Source: an uncultured Gammaproteobacteria bacterium (GTDB lineage: Bacteria; Pseudomonadota; Gammaproteobacteria; DRLM01). From it: a stretch of DNA of 64,000 nt. Positions 29,764-42,589 of the stretch are shown here, piece after piece (positions within the stretch are counted from its first letter, which is position 1; the number at the start of each line of letters is the position of its first letter). The stretch is from contig CAVSNY010000007.1 in NCBI GenBank assembly GCA_963729605.1, positions 448,001 to 512,000 of the forward strand. Direction: 5' to 3'. The position numbers and the translations under genes were made by a program. Under the pieces are notes generated by a model, which saw only the letters and a program-made list of their open reading frames with translations, was not told where the DNA came from and made no database searches.

Positions 29764-31299
29764 TCATTTTTTGGATGGAGAGTGCGGCGTAGGCTCTGGT
29801 TGCGCCGGCTCGCCTTTTTGTTTTTGCCAGTCGGCCATTTCCTCGGCGGACCATTGTCCCTTCTGCCACGCGGCGACTTCCTCCGCGGACCATTTGCCCC
29901 AGCCGCCGCCGGCGGTTTGCGGTGATTCGGCGGTGGCGGGTTCCGCCGCGGCTGACGGCGTCGCCGGTGAGTTGTCCGTGGTGCCGGCTCTTTGTGACTG
30001 CCAGTCGGCCATTTCCTGAGCGGACCATTGGCCCTTTTGCCAGTCGGCGACCTCCTCCGCGGACCATTTGCCCCAGCCGCCGCCGGTGGCTTGCGACGTT
30101 TCAGCGGTGGCGGGGGTCGTGGGCCCGGCGGCCGGTTCTTTTTGCTTTTGCCAGTCGGCCATTTCCTGGGCCGACCATTGGCCTTTTTGCCAGTCGGCGA
30201 CTTCCTCGGCCGACCACTGCTGAACGCCTTGTCCGCCGCCGGCATTTTCTTCAGCCGCCTTGCCTTCGGCTTGGGACTGTTCCCATTGCTTTTGCCATTT
30301 ACCGCCGCCGCCTTTGCCGGCCCACTGTTTCCACCATTCGTCGCCGGTCTCTTCGGTATCGCCTTCCAGGCTGCTGCCGGTGTGTTTGAGAAACACGTCG
30401 TCCAGGCTGGGCCGGGACAGCGAGAGGGTGAGGATGCGCACCCGTTTCTCGCCGGCGAGACGGGTGATGGTCGGCACGCTCTCGCCGCCGTTCTCCACGT
30501 ACAGGTGCAGTTTATTGCCTTGCCACAGCAGATCCTTGACGTGGCCGGCCTGCTTGAGCGCCTGGGCGAACTGCTGAGTGGTCCAATCCTGCTGCTCGAA
30601 ACTGATGGTGATGGCGTCGCCGGCGATGGCGCGCTTCAAATCGTCGGGCGTGCCCACCGCGCGGATCTTGCCGGCGCTGATGATGGCGACCCGGTCGGCC
30701 AGCATGTCCGCCTCTTCCAGATAATGGGTGGTCAGCAGAATGGTGATGCCCATTTCCTTGTTGAGCTTTTGGATGTAGTTCCACAACATCTTGCGGCTCT
30801 TGATATCGAGGCCGAGGGTGGGTTCGTCGAGAAACACCAGTTTGGGGCGATGGATGAGGGCGGTGGCGATGTCCAGTTTGCGGCGCATGCCGCCCGAATA
30901 GGTGGCCACCGTGCGGTCCAGGCTGTCCGCCAATTCAAAATATTGCGCCAGCTCGGTGATGCGGGCGCGGATGTCCGCCTTGTTCATGCGGTACATGTGG
31001 CCTTGCAGCTCGAGGTTTTCGCGGCCGGTGAGGAAGTAATCGATGCCGGTATTCTGCGCCACCACGCCGATGGTCTGGCGGACCCGCTGCGGATCGATGT
31101 CCACGTCGTAGCCCGCCACCTTCACCGTGCCGCTGTCGAACCCGCACAGGGTGGCGAGGGCGCGGATGGTGGTGGATTTGCCGGCGCCGTTGGGGCCGAG
31201 CAGGCCGAGTATCTCGCCGTCGGTGACGTCCAGATCCAAGTTGTCGACGGCTTTGGTTCCGGTGGGGAATACCTTGGTGAGACCGCGTACCTGTATCAT
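29764..31299 (-). CDS. ABC exporter ATPase (DrrA-like) with long Trp-rich repeat tail
   Basis: [39 protein letters not shown], then about 200 aa of extension. Confidence 0.92.
   Translation of the reverse strand: MIQVRGLTKVFPTGTKAVDNLDLDVTDGEILGLLGPNGAGKSTTIRALATLCGFDSGTVKVAGYDVDIDPQRVRQTIGVVAQNTGIDYFLTGRENLELQGHMYRMNKADIRARITELAQYFELADSLDRTVATYSGGMRRKLDIATALIHRPKLVFLDEPTLGLDIKSRKMLWNYIQKLNKEMGITILLTTHYLEEADMLADRVAIISAGKIRAVGTPDDLKRAIAGDAITISFEQQDWTTQQFAQALKQAGHVKDLLWQGNKLHLYVENGGESVPTITRLAGEKRVRILTLSLSRPSLDDVFLKHTGSSLEGDTEETGDEWWKQWAGKGGGGKWQKQWEQSQAEGKAAEENAGGGQGVQQWSAEEVADWQKGQWSAQEMADWQKQKEPAAGPTTPATAETSQATGGGWGKWSAEEVADWQKGQWSAQEMADWQSQRAGTTDNSPATPSAAAEPATAESPQTAGGGWGKWSAEEVAAWQKGQWSAEEMADWQKQKGEPAQPEPTPHSPSKK
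29825..30217 (-). repeat. Three tandem blocks, each of two WSA(E/Q)E(V/M)A(D/A)WQ units (13-aa period), in the ATPase tail
   Basis: DNA repeats TGCCAGTCGGCCATTTCCT..GC(G/C)GACCATTG at about 29825, 29999 and 30149, separated by P/A/T-rich linkers. Confidence 0.95.
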
Positions 31300-31433
31300 G
31301 GCGCGTAGGATCCTATGGCTGGGGGCCGCGTGCCGGCGCCGCGGTGCCGGGGACCCTCTTTGTTAATCGAGCAAAAGACCGAAGTATAAGGTTTTTACGG
31401 CATGATGCGAAACAACTTGATGGACCGTCGGAC

Positions 31434-32456
31434 ATGCGGGTGATCGGACTGGAAACCTCCTGCGACGAAACCGGCGTGGCGGTCTACGACAGCGCGCGCG
31501 GTTTGCTGGCCCATGCCCTCTACAGCCAGGTGAGCCTGCACGAGGAGTACGGCGGCGTGGTGCCGGAGCTGGCTTCGCGTGATCACGTGCGGAAGACACT
31601 GCCCTTGTTGCGGCAAGTATTGGCCGAAGCGGGTTTGCGGCGGACCGATATCGACGGCGTGGCCTACACCGCCGGACCGGGCCTGATCGGCGCCTTGCTG
31701 GTGGGCGCCGCCATCGGCCGTTCTTTGGCCTGGGCCTTGGGCGTGCCGGCGGTGGCGGTGCATCACATGGAAGGCCACCTGCTGGCGCCGATGCTGGAAG
31801 AGAATCCGCCGGCCTTTCCCTTCGTCGCGTTGCTGGTGTCCGGCGGCCATACCCAGCTGATGCGGGTGGACGGCGTGGGGCAATATGCCCTGTTGGGCGA
31901 CACGCTCGACGACGCGGCGGGCGAGGCCTTCGACAAGACCGCCAAGCTGCTGGGGTTGGGTTATCCCGGCGGACCGGCGCTGGCGCGGCTCGCCGAACGC
32001 GGTGATCCGGCGCGTTTCCACTTTACCCGTCCCATGGTCAACCGGCCGGGCTTGGAGTTCAGCTTCAGCGGCCTCAAGACCCACGCGCTCACCACCTTGC
32101 GCGCCGAGCCGCTGGCCGATGAACAAACCCGCGCCGACATCGCCCGCGCCTTCGAAGACGCGGTGGTGGATACCCTGGCCATCAAATGCCGGCGCGCGCT
32201 GGAGCAGACCGGTTTGACGCGCCTGGTGGTGGCCGGCGGGGTCAGCGCCAACCGGCGTTTGCGCGCGCGTTTGGATGACATGGCGCGGCCGCTAGCCGCG
32301 GCGGTTTATTATCCGCGCCTGGAGTTTTGCACCGATAACGGCGCGATGATCGCCTACGCCGGTTATCAACGCCTGCGGGCCGGTCAGGCCGAACCGCTGG
32401 CCTTCACGGCCTGGCCGCGCTGGCCGCTGAGCGAGGTCGCGGCGCCGTCGGCGTGA
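31434..32456 (+). CDS. tsaD: tRNA N6-threonylcarbamoyltransferase
   Basis: [45 protein letters not shown]. Confidence 0.98.
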   Translation: MRVIGLETSCDETGVAVYDSARGLLAHALYSQVSLHEEYGGVVPELASRDHVRKTLPLLRQVLAEAGLRRTDIDGVAYTAGPGLIGALLVGAAIGRSLAWALGVPAVAVHHMEGHLLAPMLEENPPAFPFVALLVSGGHTQLMRVDGVGQYALLGDTLDDAAGEAFDKTAKLLGLGYPGGPALARLAERGDPARFHFTRPMVNRPGLEFSFSGLKTHALTTLRAEPLADEQTRADIARAFEDAVVDTLAIKCRRALEQTGLTRLVVAGGVSANRRLRARLDDMARPLAAAVYYPRLEFCTDNGAMIAYAGYQRLRAGQAEPLAFTAWPRWPLSEVAAPSA

Positions 32457-32481
32457 GGCCGGCCCGCGCACCGCAATCACC

Positions 32482-33516
32482 ATGTCCATCCAAAATTGGT
32501 TCGAGGAAAAACAATCGGCCTGGCTCTACCGCATCGTCACCCGCGCCGAGCCCGACCCGGTTAAAAGCACGTTGTTCGCCGAGCTGGCCGACATGGCCGA
32601 GTCTCAGGCCCGGATCTGGCAACAGCAGATCGAGCGGACCGGCGGCCAGGTTCCCGAGTTTCGCCCGGGCCCGCGCGCGCGGCTGGTGGCGCGTTTGATC
32701 GGCGTATTGGGTCCGCATGCCCTGCGGCCGGTGCTGGCGGCGATGAAGGTGCGCGGTATGTCGGTTTATCGCGGCGCGGCGGCGCACGGCGGCCATCCCA
32801 TGCCGACCTCGGTCGGCGAAGTCGGCCACCGCCATCAGGGCGTGGAAGCGGGCGGCAATCTGCGCGCCGCGGTGTTCGGGGTCAATGACGGCCTGGTGTC
32901 GAATGCCGCGCTGATCATGGGGGTGGCGGGGGCGACTCAAGAGCCCAAGATCGTGCTGCTCACCGGCATGGCCGGGTTACTGGCCGGGGCCTTTTCCATG
33001 GCGGCGGGGGAATACGTCTCCATGCGTTCCCAGCGCGAACTGTTCGAATATCAAATCGCCCTCGAGCGCGAGGAGTTGGAGGAGTACCCCATCGAGGAGC
33101 AGGAGGAACTGGCGCTGATCTATAAGGCGCGCGGTCTCACCAAAGAACAGGCTGATGAAGTGGCCGCGGGGCTGATGAAGAATTCGGAGCAGGCCCTCGA
33201 CACCCTGGCCCGCGAGGAGCTGGGCTTGAATCCCGGCGAGCTGGGTTCGCCGTGGGGCGCGGCCTTGTCTTCTTTTATCGCATTCGCCGCGGGCGGCATG
33301 GTGCCCTTGCTGCCGTTCCTGTTCGGCGCCGGGCCTTCTCTGTTGACCGCCATCGTGATGGTGACCGGCGCCGCCTTGTTCGGCGTGGGCGCGACCCTCA
33401 GCCTGTTCACCGGGAAACCGGCCTGGTGGAGCGGGCTGCGCATGGTGCTGATCGGCGGCGCGGCGGGCCTCGCCACCTATCTGATCGGCGGGCTGATGGG
33501 GGCGTTCTTGGCCTGA
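32482..33516 (+). CDS. VIT1/CCC1 family metal transporter with N-terminal rubrerythrin-like region
   Basis: LRAAVFGVNDGLVSN, AFSMAAGEYVS, REELGL; N-terminal E..SA.LY...LA..E. Confidence 0.9.
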   Translation: MSIQNWFEEKQSAWLYRIVTRAEPDPVKSTLFAELADMAESQARIWQQQIERTGGQVPEFRPGPRARLVARLIGVLGPHALRPVLAAMKVRGMSVYRGAAAHGGHPMPTSVGEVGHRHQGVEAGGNLRAAVFGVNDGLVSNAALIMGVAGATQEPKIVLLTGMAGLLAGAFSMAAGEYVSMRSQRELFEYQIALEREELEEYPIEEQEELALIYKARGLTKEQADEVAAGLMKNSEQALDTLAREELGLNPGELGSPWGAALSSFIAFAAGGMVPLLPFLFGAGPSLLTAIVMVTGAALFGVGATLSLFTGKPAWWSGLRMVLIGGAAGLATYLIGGLMGAFLA

Positions 33517-33686
33517 ACACCGGCCGCCGCCAAGCCGAGGTGGATTAAGTAACCGCGAGGCCAGTATAATACCCCACCTTTTTTGCCGCGCTCGGCTGGC
33601 GGCCGGTTTGAGTAATCCAGTAATCATTTTTATTGATCCCCCTTTAGCGCCCCCCGTCCTGAGCGGTTAAATTCGAGGTTTCCCCC

Positions 33687-35495
<1,809 letters not shown>

Positions 35496-35525
35496 ACGGG
35501 CGCGTTCGAATAATGCCGTAACGCG

Positions 35526-35946
35526 ATGCCGAACACGCCGGCCGAGGCGCTGAACCGATCCTGCCGGTGTACCACCGTCGATCACGGCGCCTTGGCCCGC
35601 GCGCTGGCGGAGACGCTGAACGGCGGGGTACGGCGGCAAGGCGGTTTATCGCGGCGATAAACTCACGCGCCGGGTGTGGCGGGCGATCCTCGCGGGCGGT
35701 TACGTGGCCCAAGAATACGCGCCGCCGGGGCAGCGGACGCTCACCTTGGACGGTGCCGCCGCCGCGCTGAAATTCGATGTGCGGGCCTATGTTTATGCAG
35801 GCCGGGTACCGTTGTTCGCCGCGCGCCTTTACCAAGGCCAGGCCACCCATTTTCGCACCCCCGGCGGGGGTTTCGCGCCCGTGTATTTTCCCGTATCGAA
35901 CCTGCCGTGCGATGGTTGCGCGCCGAGTGCGCCGCTCGCTCCATAG
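35526..35946 (+). pseudogene. Internally deleted, frameshifted remnant of an ATP-grasp (circularly permuted type) family gene
   Basis: ATG 35526 MPNTPAEALNRSCRCTTVD... joins out of frame to [18 protein letters not shown]...YVAQE...KFDVRAY...[21 protein letters not shown]. Confidence 0.65.
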
Positions 35947-36010
35947 CATTCGCTCCCCTGGCCCCGCTTTGCGGGTATGATGTGAGGCGGTGTTTTTTCG
36001 GGAGTTGATG

Positions 36011-36961
36011 ATGACGGCGCTTTATCCGGATATTAAGCCTTATCTCAGTCACAGTCTCAAAGTGGACGGCCTGCACACTTTGTATGTCGAGGAGTGCGGC
36101 AACCCGCAGGGCGTGCCGGTGGTGTTCGTTCACGGCGGTCCCGGCGCCGGTTGCGAGCCCTATCATCGCCGTTTTTTCGACCCTAACGTTTACCGCATCG
36201 TACTGTTCGACCAACGCGGGGCGGGGCGTTCCACGCCGCACGCGGAATTGACCGACAACACCACCCAGCATCTGGTCGCCGACATGGAGGCGATCCGCGC
36301 CCAGCTCGGCATCGAACGCTGGGTGGTGTTCGGCGGTTCCTGGGGTTCGACGCTGGCGCTGGTGTATGCCGAGACCCATCCGGCGCGGGTGCACGGCCTG
36401 ATCCTGCGCGGCATCTTTCTCTGCGCGCCCTGGGAGATCCGCTGGTTTTATCAGGAAGGCGCCAATCATCTTTTTCCCGATTATTGGGAGGACTATCTGA
36501 AACCGGTGGCGCCCGAGGAACGCGGCGATATGGTGGGCGCCTATTACCGGCTGCTCACCGGCGAAAACGAGATCGCCCGCATGTCCGCCGCCAAGGCGTG
36601 GTCGACCTGGGAAGGGCGCTGCTCCACCCTGCGGCCCAAGCCCGAAGTCGTCAACCATTTCAGCGATGCGCACACGGCGCTGAGTCTCGCGCGCATCGAA
36701 TGCCACTATTTCATGCACGACAGCTTCCTCGCGCCGGAGCAGATTCTCCGCGACGCGCACCGTCTCAAAGACATCCCCGGCGTCATCGTGCACGGCCGCT
36801 ACGACGTGGTCTGCCCGGTCGAAAACGCCTGGCGTTTGCAGCAGGCCTGGCCCGCCGCGGAGTTGAAGATCATCGCCGATGCCGGCCATTCCGCCACCGA
36901 ACCGGGCATCGTCAGCGCGTTGGTCAACGCCACCCGCGCCATGGCGGAACGGGTGAAGTGA
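36011..36961 (+). CDS. pip: Proline iminopeptidase
   Basis: [32 protein letters not shown]. Confidence 0.96.
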   Translation: MTALYPDIKPYLSHSLKVDGLHTLYVEECGNPQGVPVVFVHGGPGAGCEPYHRRFFDPNVYRIVLFDQRGAGRSTPHAELTDNTTQHLVADMEAIRAQLGIERWVVFGGSWGSTLALVYAETHPARVHGLILRGIFLCAPWEIRWFYQEGANHLFPDYWEDYLKPVAPEERGDMVGAYYRLLTGENEIARMSAAKAWSTWEGRCSTLRPKPEVVNHFSDAHTALSLARIECHYFMHDSFLAPEQILRDAHRLKDIPGVIVHGRYDVVCPVENAWRLQQAWPAAELKIIADAGHSATEPGIVSALVNATRAMAERVK

Positions 36962-37413
36962 TCGGGCTGTTGCAGCGCGTCAGCGCCGCGTCAGTGACGA
37001 TAGCGGGCGAAAATGTCGGCGCGATTGAACGCGGCATCCTGGTGCTGGTGGGCGTGGAGCGCGGTGATGGCGAGACCCAGGCGCGGCGATTGCTGGAACG
37101 CCTGCTCGGTTACCGCATCTTTCCCGATCAGGCCGGTAAAATGAATCTGGGTTTGCGCGACATCGCGGGCGGCTTGCTGCTGGTGCCGCAATTCACTCTC
37201 GCCGCCGACACCCGGCAAGGCATGCGCCCCAGCTTCACACCCGCCGCGCCGCCGGCGGAAGGCGAAGCCTTGTTTGATTATTTGGTGACGCGGGCGCGCA
37301 ATGAATATTCGCCGGTGGCGACCGGCCGCTTCGGTGCCGACATGCAAGTGAGTTTGATCAACGACGGACCGGTGACGTTTAATTTACGAGTGCCGCCCGA
37401 CGAAAACCCGTGA
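36958..37413 (+). CDS. dtd: D-aminoacyl-tRNA deacylase
   Basis: GTG overlapping the pip stop; [26 protein letters not shown]. Confidence 0.96.
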   Translation: MIGLLQRVSAASVTIAGENVGAIERGILVLVGVERGDGETQARRLLERLLGYRIFPDQAGKMNLGLRDIAGGLLLVPQFTLAADTRQGMRPSFTPAAPPAEGEALFDYLVTRARNEYSPVATGRFGADMQVSLINDGPVTFNLRVPPDENP

Positions 37414-37716
37414 ATGAATAGCCGAGACGTGAACACGCTCATTATCAACCGGCAATTGAAATGATGAACTCACCGATTGAAATATACCCTCCCAAGGCGG
37501 AAGCAGCGGTTCGATTCATTTTTTTAGTTGCCGGGTTAATAACGCGTGTTCCGCGTTCCATGTGGCGTGAAGGTAGATCGTCGACGCGGGGAGAACGGAT
37601 TTGAAAACGATTCGGGCTCGCGACCCGTCAAGGCCGCCAAATAAAAATTTTAACGGGTGTCGCCGCGCCTGCCGGGCGGCCGGCCGCGCGCAATCGATGA
37701 GACCGCTTTAATCACC

Positions 37717-38547
37717 ATGGCCGTTTATGCGATAGGCGATGTGCAGGGCTGTTTCGACGAATTGCTCGCGCTGTTCGAGGCGATAGGTTTTTCACCCCGG
37801 CGCGATAAGGTCTGGTTCACCGGCGATCTGGTCAATCGCGGCACCCAGTCGCTGGAGGTGCTGCGCTTCGTGAAAGATTTGGGCGACCGCGCGGTGACGG
37901 TGCTCGGCAATCACGATCTGCATCTGCTCGCGGTGGCGGCCGGCGCGGCCAGGCTCCGGCCCAAGGACAGCTTCATGGATGTGCTGGAGGCGCATGACCG
38001 CGACAGCCTGCTCGCCTGGCTGCGGCGGCAGGCCTTGCTGCATCACGATGCGGGGTCGGGATATACGATGATTCATGCCGGTCTGCCGCCGCAGTGGGAT
38101 CTCGCCGCCGCCCAGGCCTGCGCCGCCGAGGTGGAACAGGTATTGCGCGGCGCCGACCCGCTGCCTTTTTTCCAACGGATGTACGGCGCCCAGCCGGCGC
38201 GCTGGCGCGACGATCTGCGGGGCTGGGAACGTCTGCGCTTCATCACCAACAGTTTTACCCGGCTGCGTTATTGCGAGGCCGACGGCAGTCTGGTCTTCAC
38301 TTTCAAAGGTGCGCCGGGCGCGCAGCCCGGCGGACAAGTGCCGTGGTTCGAAGCCGCGGAGCGGCGCAGCGCGGATTTAAATATCCTGTTCGGCCACTGG
38401 TCCACCCTCGGCCGTTATGAAGGCCGGGGAGTGACCTGCCTGGATACCGGTTGCGTGTGGGGCGCGGCGCTCACCGCCTTGCGGCTCGATGACCGGCAGT
38501 GGTTCCGGGTGTCGTGCGAAGGCGCTTGCGAACCGGGGGAAGATTGA
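37717..38547 (+). CDS. apaH: Symmetrical bis(5'-nucleosyl)-tetraphosphatase
   Basis: IGDVQGC, GDLVNRG, LGNHD, HAG, FGHWS, DTGCVWG. Confidence 0.96.
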   Translation: MAVYAIGDVQGCFDELLALFEAIGFSPRRDKVWFTGDLVNRGTQSLEVLRFVKDLGDRAVTVLGNHDLHLLAVAAGAARLRPKDSFMDVLEAHDRDSLLAWLRRQALLHHDAGSGYTMIHAGLPPQWDLAAAQACAAEVEQVLRGADPLPFFQRMYGAQPARWRDDLRGWERLRFITNSFTRLRYCEADGSLVFTFKGAPGAQPGGQVPWFEAAERRSADLNILFGHWSTLGRYEGRGVTCLDTGCVWGAALTALRLDDRQWFRVSCEGACEPGED

Positions 38548-38584
38548 ACGCGCCGTCGGTTTCCGTCGGGTAAAAAAGCCCAAT

Positions 38585-38612
38585 AAAAAAGCGCCCGTTG
38601 CCGGGCGCTTTT
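38585..38612. terminator. Bidirectional terminator between apaH and ccp
   Basis: AAAAAAGCGCCCG-TTGC-CGGGCGCTTTT. Confidence 0.8.
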
Positions 38613-38637
38613 CAGTTTCAGCGATGCTTGTCGCGAA

Positions 38638-39681
38638 TTATTTGTCGGCGACCAGCGAGCGATTGGGCGTCGCGGGCAGACGCGGCAGGGTTTGTTGCGG
38701 GAACTCGCCGGTCAGGCTGTTGAGGAAGGCCACGATGTCCGCCACCTGCGCCTCACTCAGGTCCTTGTTCAACTGCGTCTTGGCCATCACCCGCACCGCT
38801 TCATCCAGGGTGGCCACGGAGCCGTTGTGGAAGTAAGGCGCGGTCAAAGCTATGTTGCGCCAGGTCGGTACCCGCCACATGAACTTGTCCGCGTCGTCCT
38901 TGGTGACTTCATGGCGGCCCGTATCGTCCATGAGTTTGTATTTGGTGACGTAGGCGTTGTCGGTGAAGATCGGGAATTTCTGGTAGAAACCCTCGCCCAT
39001 GGGCAAGGTAGTGGGACCGGCGAAACTGGCGCCGTTGTGGCAAGCGGTACAGCCCACCTCTTCCACCAGTTTCATGCCGCGCTGCGCCTGGTCGGACAAG
39101 GCCTTCTTGTCGCCCTTTACATAACGGTCGAAGGCGCTGTTGGGCGTGATCAGGGTGCGTTCGTAGGCGGCGATGGCCTTGGCGATGTTGTCGTAGCTCA
39201 CCGGCTCGCCACCGCCGAAGACGGTCTTGAACTGTTCCACGTAACCGGGGATGGCCTTGATGCGTTCCACCGCGACTTGTTCAGAGGGGATGCCCATCTC
39301 GATCGGATTCAGGATGGGTCCCTTGGCCTGGTCTTCCAGGGTGGCGGCCCGGCCGTCCCAGAATTGGGCGGTGAGGAAGGCGGCGTTCCACACCGTGGGC
39401 GCGCTGCGTCCGCCCTTTTGACCGGCGACGCCCACGGACACCGGCCGACCGTCCTCACCGCCGGCCATGACGTTGTGGCAGGAATTGCAGGAGATCGTGC
39501 CGTCAATCGACAGCCGCGGTTCGAAGAAGAGTTGTTTGCCCAACTCGACCTTGGCCGGGGTCGTGGGGTTGTCCGCGGGGGCGGGCGCCTGGTCCGGCAG
39601 GGCTTCAAAGGCCTGGACCGTGATGCCCGCGGCGAGTAAGGCCGCGGCGCCGGAATGTATTAAAATAGCTTTAAATCGCAT
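38638..39681 (-). CDS. ccp: Di-heme cytochrome c peroxidase
   Basis: Signal peptide, CNSCH and CTACH heme motifs, QFWDGRA, APYFHNG. Confidence 0.95.
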   Translation of the reverse strand: MRFKAILIHSGAAALLAAGITVQAFEALPDQAPAPADNPTTPAKVELGKQLFFEPRLSIDGTISCNSCHNVMAGGEDGRPVSVGVAGQKGGRSAPTVWNAAFLTAQFWDGRAATLEDQAKGPILNPIEMGIPSEQVAVERIKAIPGYVEQFKTVFGGGEPVSYDNIAKAIAAYERTLITPNSAFDRYVKGDKKALSDQAQRGMKLVEEVGCTACHNGASFAGPTTLPMGEGFYQKFPIFTDNAYVTKYKLMDDTGRHEVTKDDADKFMWRVPTWRNIALTAPYFHNGSVATLDEAVRVMAKTQLNKDLSEAQVADIVAFLNSLTGEFPQQTLPRLPATPNRSLVADK

Positions 39682-39730
39682 GGTGGCTCCTCCTTGGGAC
39701 GTTGTCGCTTAGTATTCAGAGGTAGCAGAT

Positions 39731-39747
39731 TTTAGACTAAGTCCAAT
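39731..39747. promoter_or_regulatory. Imperfect palindrome upstream of ccp, resembling Fur-family (Irr/PerR) boxes
   Basis: TTTAGAC-TAA-GTCCAAT, 7-3-7 layout like the Irr ICE box TTTAGAA-N3-TTCTAAA. Confidence 0.35.
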
Positions 39748-39801
39748 AATTGGTCTAGAGGCCTGTGTGCAGAAATTCCATCCTCCCAAGAATAAATTGG
39801 G

Positions 39802-40764
<963 letters not shown>

Positions 40765-40863
40765 CTAACAGGAATCCGGCGCGGCGGTGCCGCGTGACGG
40801 CTTGCCAGGACGGGCGTTTATCCTCCCTCATGCCCGGAGACTTAAGCGTCATGTCTTCTTCAC

Positions 40864-40900
40864 GCCTTCTCTCGTGGGCGGAGAGGGCCGGTGTGAGGGG
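40864..40900. repeat. REP-like intergenic palindromic element (CCCTCAC..GCCCTCTCC type)
   Basis: Minus strand CCCCTCACACCGGCCCTCTCCGCCCACGAGAGAAGG resembles a widespread short repeat; single copy here. Confidence 0.4.
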
Positions 40901-41517
40901 GCGAGAGGAGCGCGAACCCTTCAGGCTTGTAGCGGCGGATGCGTGAAGCGACCCGGTTGTCACACCCCAAGGTGTGTGCATGCGCGCCGCCTGTTTACAC
41001 ATCATCGTTTCATTACGCAGCTCTGCGGCGGAACACCCGTCGGGCTTCCGCCCTGCCGCGCTCACAATAGCGTTAGATATCTCGGTTCGGCGGCCGTCTC
41101 ATCAGCCCGCCGTCGCGCGCCTTCGATAACCTACCATGGCGGTCAGCAACGTGCGCACGGCGGCTATCACGGCGGGAAATAACACCGTTGTCACGGAATA
41201 GTGTTCCAGCGCTGTGATGACGATCAGGTTGCGTGGCGATGGGACGATGTGCGCCCCTTAGGCGGCGGATATATACCGTAGCCTAAACGCTGTAATCACG
41301 CGCCGATTGTTTTAGGGCTGGCCCGTTTCGATAAATTTTGAGATGATTCGGGGCGGCGATTATCTCGAGCTGAGTTTTGGTTGAAATTCCGCGGCTCGGC
41401 CGGGGACGTCATTATTCAAAAATAAGATAGATGTGTTTCATAGGGGGGTTGGACCACTGCGCTTTATTATTAACCTTAATTTTCGTAAACGCAGTTAATG
41501 AAAGGGAGCATGGAAGA

Positions 41518-42381
41518 ATGAACTTCGGAGTTAAAAGTCAGATATTCGCCGCCTTGGCGATGGGTGCGATCTCGGTCAACGGTATCGCGAGCGAGGACAA
41601 GCATGATAAGGGTCATGGGGCCGAGCATATGTCCGGCGAGGTTTGTGTAGGCTTCGGTCCGCAGACGCCGCGTGATATCGACAGCCTGGCCGGCGAGAAC
41701 AAGCGGGTGTTCTCCATGGCGCCGCCCTCCACCGAGATGAACCTGTGCAATATCCACTTTCACAAAAATGCCGAGCACAAGGCGGCCGCCTTTTCGATTT
41801 ATGCCGGCGACGGCGACGGTCACGGCTTTGAAAGCGGTTACCTATGCGGCATCAGCAAGGAATTGTCCGCGGCCGAGATGGCGCCCACCAAGGAAGCCAT
41901 TTGCAAGGGTGAACACGGCGACCTCAAGCCGGGCGATACCATCGAGGTGCATTGGGTCCACAGCTCCTGCGATGTCAAACCGGGTAAAGGTCTGGGCTCC
42001 TGCCTCTCCGACAGCTGCGCCAATCCCGATCTGCGCGTAGAGACCCAGGTGTTCACCTTGGTGAACGATGACAACGCCCTCGACTTCAACACCCTGGACT
42101 ACGACGGCCACATGGCCAAGGGCTTCCATCAGCCCAAGGCCCTGCCCACCAAGACCGGCAAGCCCGTCCAGTTCCTGGGTTCGACCACCGGTCCCAAGTA
42201 CGACGACGCCAAGTCGTGCTCGCCGTTGCAAGTCACCTGGAGCGTGCGTCCTCAGTGCGCCAAGCTCAACATCAACAGCGTGGGTGAATGGTGTAAGAGC
42301 AATGTCTTTGAAGAAGACCACGCGCACGGCGTGCGCAAGCTGGTGGTGAACAAGGAGCTGTTGTCTAAAATCAAAAAATAA
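41518..42381 (+). CDS. Secreted delta-class carbonic anhydrase
   Basis: Signal peptide; GPQTPRDID, NLCNIHFHKNAEH, EVHWVHSSC, LRVETQVF, GSTTG, SPLQVTW, HAHGVR. Confidence 0.82.
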   Translation: MNFGVKSQIFAALAMGAISVNGIASEDKHDKGHGAEHMSGEVCVGFGPQTPRDIDSLAGENKRVFSMAPPSTEMNLCNIHFHKNAEHKAAAFSIYAGDGDGHGFESGYLCGISKELSAAEMAPTKEAICKGEHGDLKPGDTIEVHWVHSSCDVKPGKGLGSCLSDSCANPDLRVETQVFTLVNDDNALDFNTLDYDGHMAKGFHQPKALPTKTGKPVQFLGSTTGPKYDDAKSCSPLQVTWSVRPQCAKLNINSVGEWCKSNVFEEDHAHGVRKLVVNKELLSKIKK

Positions 42382-42589
42382 TCCGATGGGCGCGTAAGTG
42401 CCCCGTACGTAGTGCTCGGCCGGTCCGGCGCCGTGGCTTGATAAAAAGTCGCGGCCGGCCCGGCCGAGTTTTTTTGCGGCGTGCCAGTTCTTGGCGATCT
42501 GATTCAAGATGGTGGTATGCGCGGTGAGGCCCACGAAATGCTTCACCGGATGATATTAGCGCGCGCATACGCTGGACGCGCTTTACCCA

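Noticed and set aside
29825-30217. Possible CRISPR array
   Set aside because: Repeats are in-frame coding units with synonymous variation and irregular spacing; no cas genes.
28893-30245. 450-aa Arg/Pro-rich repeat ORF, and many other long shadow ORFs opposite rpoD, typA, purD, purH and accC
   Set aside because: They overlap well-supported genes and are expected artefacts of high-GC codon bias.
6621-31299. Island as an active mobile element or prophage
   Set aside because: No integrase, transposase, att repeats or phage genes seen at or within the borders.
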